From the human T2T-CHM13v2.0 reference genome, Homo sapiens: a DNA stretch of 64,000 nt. Below the pieces are notes generated by a model. That model saw nothing but the letters and a program-made list of their open reading frames with translations, was not told where the DNA came from and ran no database searches. Shown in pieces: positions 57,641-64,000 of the stretch (its first letter is position 1; each line of letters begins with the position of its first letter). A program made the translations under genes and the position numbers. The stretch is taken from the NCBI RefSeq assembly GCF_009914755.1, contig NC_060932.1, one strand, 5' to 3'.

Positions 57641-59507
57641 TTTTTTAAGACAGGCTGGGAATTCATATTCACGCTGCCCTTCAGAGCCTCGAGGGCTGCC
57701 CTTGTGCAGCTCATTCAAAACCTGCAGAAGGCTGGCCGCTCAGTGCAAAACACACAAACACCAGAAACAGAAAGTTCACAGAAAAGGAGATGCAAATGGC
57801 ACTTAGGGGTGTTCAAGCTCACGTCCAGTAAGAGAAATGCAAATTGCAAGCGCATCGGTACGCCACATTTTCACATACGACAGAGTGACCCACCACGGGA
57901 CAAGGCTCCAGGCAAAAGCCCTGACCGTGTCTGATGGGGACCACGCCTGGTTGGACCGCTCATGAGAAGCACACTTCTCTTGCCCCACCAAGTTAGATCT
58001 TCTGGAGCCCAGCTAGTCTACACACAGGAATTTCTCCTACAGGCCTACTTCACACAGCCAGGGACCTGTGTACTGACTATGGCACTGTCCTGTCCTGCAG
58101 GACTGAGGCAGCCAGGGCCCAGCAAGCTGCAGTGAGCGGGGTCACACTGCCTGAGGTCTGTGCTGGACACACAGCAGGGACTGGATGGAACCTATGCTCT
58201 TGGGGCACTCACGGAGGGTGCCGGCCCTGGCTACTTCATGCAGAGCCACTGCTGGGTTGGGAAAGATGACAGGAAGACGAGGGCAAGGGGCACAAGTCCC
58301 CGTGCAGCCACATTTTCTGTGGGACTCCCCGTCCAAATGCAGATGGCCAGGCAGCTGGCACAGCAGAAGAACTTGGGGAGCAGTCTGGACTGCAGTCAGA
58401 GATGAGTCAGTACCATCGAGGCGCTAATCCTTCGGCGTGGGTGGGAAAAGAGGTCCAGGAAAGGAACCCAGCTCCCAAGAGGGAGGCAGAGGCAGAGATG
58501 TGGTCCCAGAGGAATAAGCAGGGCCTCAGCCGGCCATGAAACCAGCCAGGTGCGCGATGGAGTCAGGGCCTGGGGAAGAGGATGATCGGAGAAGGCGGTG
58601 CCAGGGAACAGTGGGCACAGAGGCCAGGGCGAGAGCAGAAGGGGCAGAGGCGGGGATGGCGGGGGAGTGCACACTGCACTTTCGAGAAGGAGTGAGAAAC
58701 AGGGCTGCTGCTTGGGAGACTCGGAGCCAACAGGGGTTGTACTTTTGTCCTTTTTAGTGAAAGACATTAAATCCTACACTGATCAAAAACCTAAGTTCCA
58801 CGCCTTAGTTCCCCTTAACTCACTCACCCCTTCCATCTATGACAGACAGTCATCTGGAGTGAAGTCTATGAGTCACAAAGATGTTATCTCAACCGTGGCT
58901 CAGCATTCAAACAAGGATTCTAATCTTTCAGGGCTCCAGATGGGAAACAGATTGCTGAGAATTATCAGTTTTATTTGAAGAGTGCAGAGAGGCGATTTGT
59001 ACAAATGGGTATGACTGGGTTTTCCTTGGGCGGAGAAGAGCCGGCTGGCCTGCTGAGAAGCTGGCTTCCTACTCCGGTGGACGCCATGCTGGAAAGGGTC
59101 AGCTTCCTGTAGTAAGAGAAGCTAAGAGGTCAGGGGCCAGAGGGACCTTCAGGGGTCCCCTGCGGCTGTGGCCTCTGCAGAGGGGGGCTCAGGGAGGCCT
59201 GGAGTGAGGGCTAGAGAAAGCCCATGGCCCGGGGTCTTCCAGCCCAGCCCAGGGAGCACTCCAGGTAAGGCAAGGCCTCACCACCCTCCAAGTCCTCAGC
59301 ACTAGGAGCCCACCAAGAGCCAACTCTGCCCTGGAGGCCCCGGACACTGGAGCGAGGTGTCCCCAGCCCTACAGCTTCAGATCCCAGATCTCAGTCCCCT
59401 ACAAAGCATGCAGTCCCTCACCTCAGCAGGGAAAATGAGCTAGCAGAGAACTCCAACACCCAGACATCGCCCTACAAAGAACTTTAAAGAAGTAAAAAGC
59501 AAAAAAC

Positions 59508-59650
59508 ATATTATGTTACATTATGCTAGACAGTACTATCATTATACATCATATGTATAATTATACATGTCCATATATAATATATACACGTATATATGTA
59601 TATATTATACATGATCTACATCTACGGTCATCTAACACTGCACTGTATAT
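59508..59650. repeat. AT-rich (TA)n-like low-complexity tract
   Basis: TATA/TACAT iterations. Confidence 0.75.
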
Positions 59651-60036
59651 AAAGGAATCTATTTTTTTTAAGTGCGTGGTGCACATCTGGCTGTGAGCTC
59701 ACCACACGTGCAGGTGTCTGACCCCAGGCTCCTCTCCAGGACTCCTCGGCACCGGCAGAAAGGCCCCAAGTGCCGCAGCTCCAAGCCCGGCCCTCCCACT
59801 CAGGCTGGGCTCAGGGTTGAGAATTCCACCCGCCACTCCAACGCTGCCAAGTCTTATCTCTGCCACATTTCTCAATGTGACATTGCACAATTCTTTTGGA
59901 CAACCTTGACTTTCCGTGGTGCTCACTGCTAATTTTAACTACCTGATGTTTCCCCACAAAGTAAATATGAGGTGTTCATGCCACCACCATGGCAGCGTTC
60001 CAGTCACTCTGCAAATTCGGCCAGTTTCGGTCATGA

Positions 60037-60687
<651 letters not shown>

Positions 60688-62629
60688 TGAGAACAAGTTT
60701 ACAGCTTTCACCACATCTCCAAAGGAATCCATGACCCAGAAAAGATAGAGAACCAGCCCAGTCTGGAGAAAGAGGGCTGGGGGACACACACACGTTCATC
60801 TAACTGGCCAAAGGAATTTTTGTTGTGATGTGGTTATTATCTTCTCATAATTTTTTTTTAAATCAGTCCTCCCTTTTGTAGTTTACTTCAGAATTTAGTT
60901 GGGCAATTTAGGTTCATACCAAAACAAAAAAGGGGGGGCAAATAGAAACAAAGGAAAATAGATTCTAAGTTTAGGAAAAGCTATAAGTAACAGCGCAGAT
61001 CACTACAGAGCTATTTTCTGAAGCTCATCAAACACGTACTTGGTGATGTCAGAAAGTAACAGTCAAACCACATTTTCTAGAACTGATCCAAGAGGAATGG
61101 ACAAACGTATGAACGACTACAGGTAAAACTACTGGCATCTGTCAAATAAAACAAATCAGGCGAGCAGTGGTGTCTGGAGTGGAGTCCCTGGGTCAATGTT
61201 ACTGGCGTGGCTTGCCAGGGCAGTGTGAGCTTGTTGTGAACCCTCTGTATAGGTGTTAACTCATGCATTTTGAAAAGTAACCCAGGACAGACCCAGCCAA
61301 GGAAAGACTGAGCTAGAAAAAAACAGCAAAATACTGGTTTCACATTTCATAACCAAAGCACAGGCTGTCCTCCAGATAAAACGTTCATCTCATCTGCATG
61401 TTAGGTTCAAAGAAGCGGCTGGGACACTACCGCTCAACCCTCAGATTCTGGGGTCTGGCCACCGCGTTGGCCCTCAGAGCTGCTGCTCCTGCGTGCCTGG
61501 TGCTGGGAGGCCATGCGCTAACTTAGGTATCACAGCACAGAGAAACCAGACCTCACGGCCCTACTCCCCGCCCCTCACCGCCCTGGAGCTGCCTCGAAGC
61601 TGCACACGGCAGACAAGCGGGTGTCCATGCACAACCTGGGGCAGGTTCTCACAGGAGAAAACGGCTCACACTCAGGAGACCTGCATACATCCCCGACCAG
61701 GGCACGCGGCATTCTGGGCCCGCCAATCCAGCTGTGGGCTCAGGCCACGTGGCACACTGGGCCCACTCTGGGCTCAGGTTCCTCAGCTATGTGGGCCGAC
61801 ACAGACTTCTGCTCCCTCCCCAAGGCTCTAAGTTACCGTAAACTTATGGCCACAGCTCCCACCCAACAGGGAACCACACAAGGAGGCCGTGGAGCACAGA
61901 GCCCCGCACGCGCCCAGGGCGGGAGGCTGGCCAAGCACACAGGCTCCTCGGGTCCCTCCTCGGAAGGCTGCGGCCCGCTCCTGCACCCCTGCTCTCTTGG
62001 GGGGTTCCAGTAACAGCTCCCTCCGTGTGCCCCTTGGGCCTGGAGTGGAAGCAGCAGCATGAGGCTTCACCCCTCCTTGCTGGTGTCCCTCAGCCCTGCC
62101 CGACCCTCGGTCCAGTCCTTCCACTGCCTCCTCTCTCTCTCTCCTTGCAGGTGCCACTTGCCGCCTGGTAACACGAGGACCTGACTGACACAGCAACTAA
62201 CATCGCTCCACAACACACACAGGCATACACAGTCTTCATGGGTCACTGAAGGTGTCAGCGACAAAAACCACACCCTATCAACGCTGATGAAGGGCTGGCT
62301 CTAAGAAGTTCTCCATCAGCTTGTTAACAAATCAAGACTAGAACCATCAGCCTTGAAGCTGGCTCTAAACTGCAGGACAGATGAGTGCGCAGATGCCTGA
62401 CTCTGGGACACTCAGGCAAGGGGCCTACATACCCCCTAGGGCCCAGATTACAGGTCAGTCATCGGAAATGGGGATTGGACACCCACATGCATGGTGACTC
62501 GAGGACAGCACCATCCTCCCCCACCCCCCTACTGAGGCTGGATGCGTGGGCCTACGTAATGCACGCCAGCAGTTCACTGTGACTACAGCCACCTGCTTCC
62601 TCAAGCCCACAAAGTGAAAAAGAAAATGC

Positions 62630-63017
<388 letters not shown>

Positions 63018-63094
63018 TTAGCTTAGAGTGTTGGGACAAGGGGGAAGGCATGCTCGGAAATGCATTTTCTGTGTACAAAACTTCTCTGCAATCA

Positions 63095-63440
<346 letters not shown>

Positions 63441-64000
63441 CTACAGAAGAAAAAGTGAGAAAAAATGGTTTGAACAAGGGTTGAGACATCTGGTTTGGGG
63501 ATTCAGGCCAGCTGGGAGCAAAAAGAAGACCCTTGGGCACACCACGCTGCAGACCAGGAGGACCTGAGTCCGTGGCCCAGGATCTCTGTGGACCAGGGTC
63601 TCCGTGGACCAGGGTCTCTGTGTACTGTTAGCATAGCACTCCCCCAGGGCCAACCGAGGGACCCTGCCTGAGCTTCCTGGGGACAATGTGCCACCTGAGA
63701 AAACCCACAGCGACTGGTCAGGGTGGCTGGACAGAAGCAGGTCTCAGTCAACGCCTGCTGTGAATGAACAAGCCGCATTGGGAGGGACCAGTGCGTGCAG
63801 AGGGAACGTGCACCGGGGCCAGCCCCTGCCTAGAAGCAGAGCAGGAGGTCAGCAGAGGCAGCCCTGACCCCAGCCCCCGCCTCACCAACCCAATTCCAAG
63901 GTAGCACTGCAGGCAGATGGCCAGTGGGGACAAGGCTGGCCTGAGGCTTGCTGGGACACACGGTCCCTGCTGGTCCAAGGCTGGGACTGTGGAGCCCCAT

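Overview
Primate (almost certainly human) GC-rich genomic DNA, dense in Alu and L1 repeats. It lies inside the SLC45A4 gene, which runs on the minus strand. The only confidently protein-coding sequence is one 641-nt exon (24104->23464): 400 nt of 5' UTR plus the first 80 codons (MKMAPQNADPESMQ...REFCYAMETALVTPILLQI-G). The rest is the two large flanking introns. They hold about 30 Alus, a 5'-truncated L1PA, older L1/MaLR/DNA-transposon fossils, several minisatellites and recent tandem duplications. The exon length matches my recollection of the abundant single-exon circRNA circSLC45A4. The most interesting signals are in and around this exon. (1) The 5' leader packs 9 upstream AUGs, including a di-proline uORF, a hexapeptide uORF and a start-stop element, in a gene reported to encode a polyamine transporter; this suggests polyamine-responsive translational control. 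(2) Back-splicing would create a 113-aa ORF ending in four consecutive stop codons. (3) Inverted Alus and a ~28-copy VNTR of donor-like motifs flank the exon. Nearly all other ORFs in the supplied track are spurious. Repeat family names are by eye and repeat boundaries are approximate.
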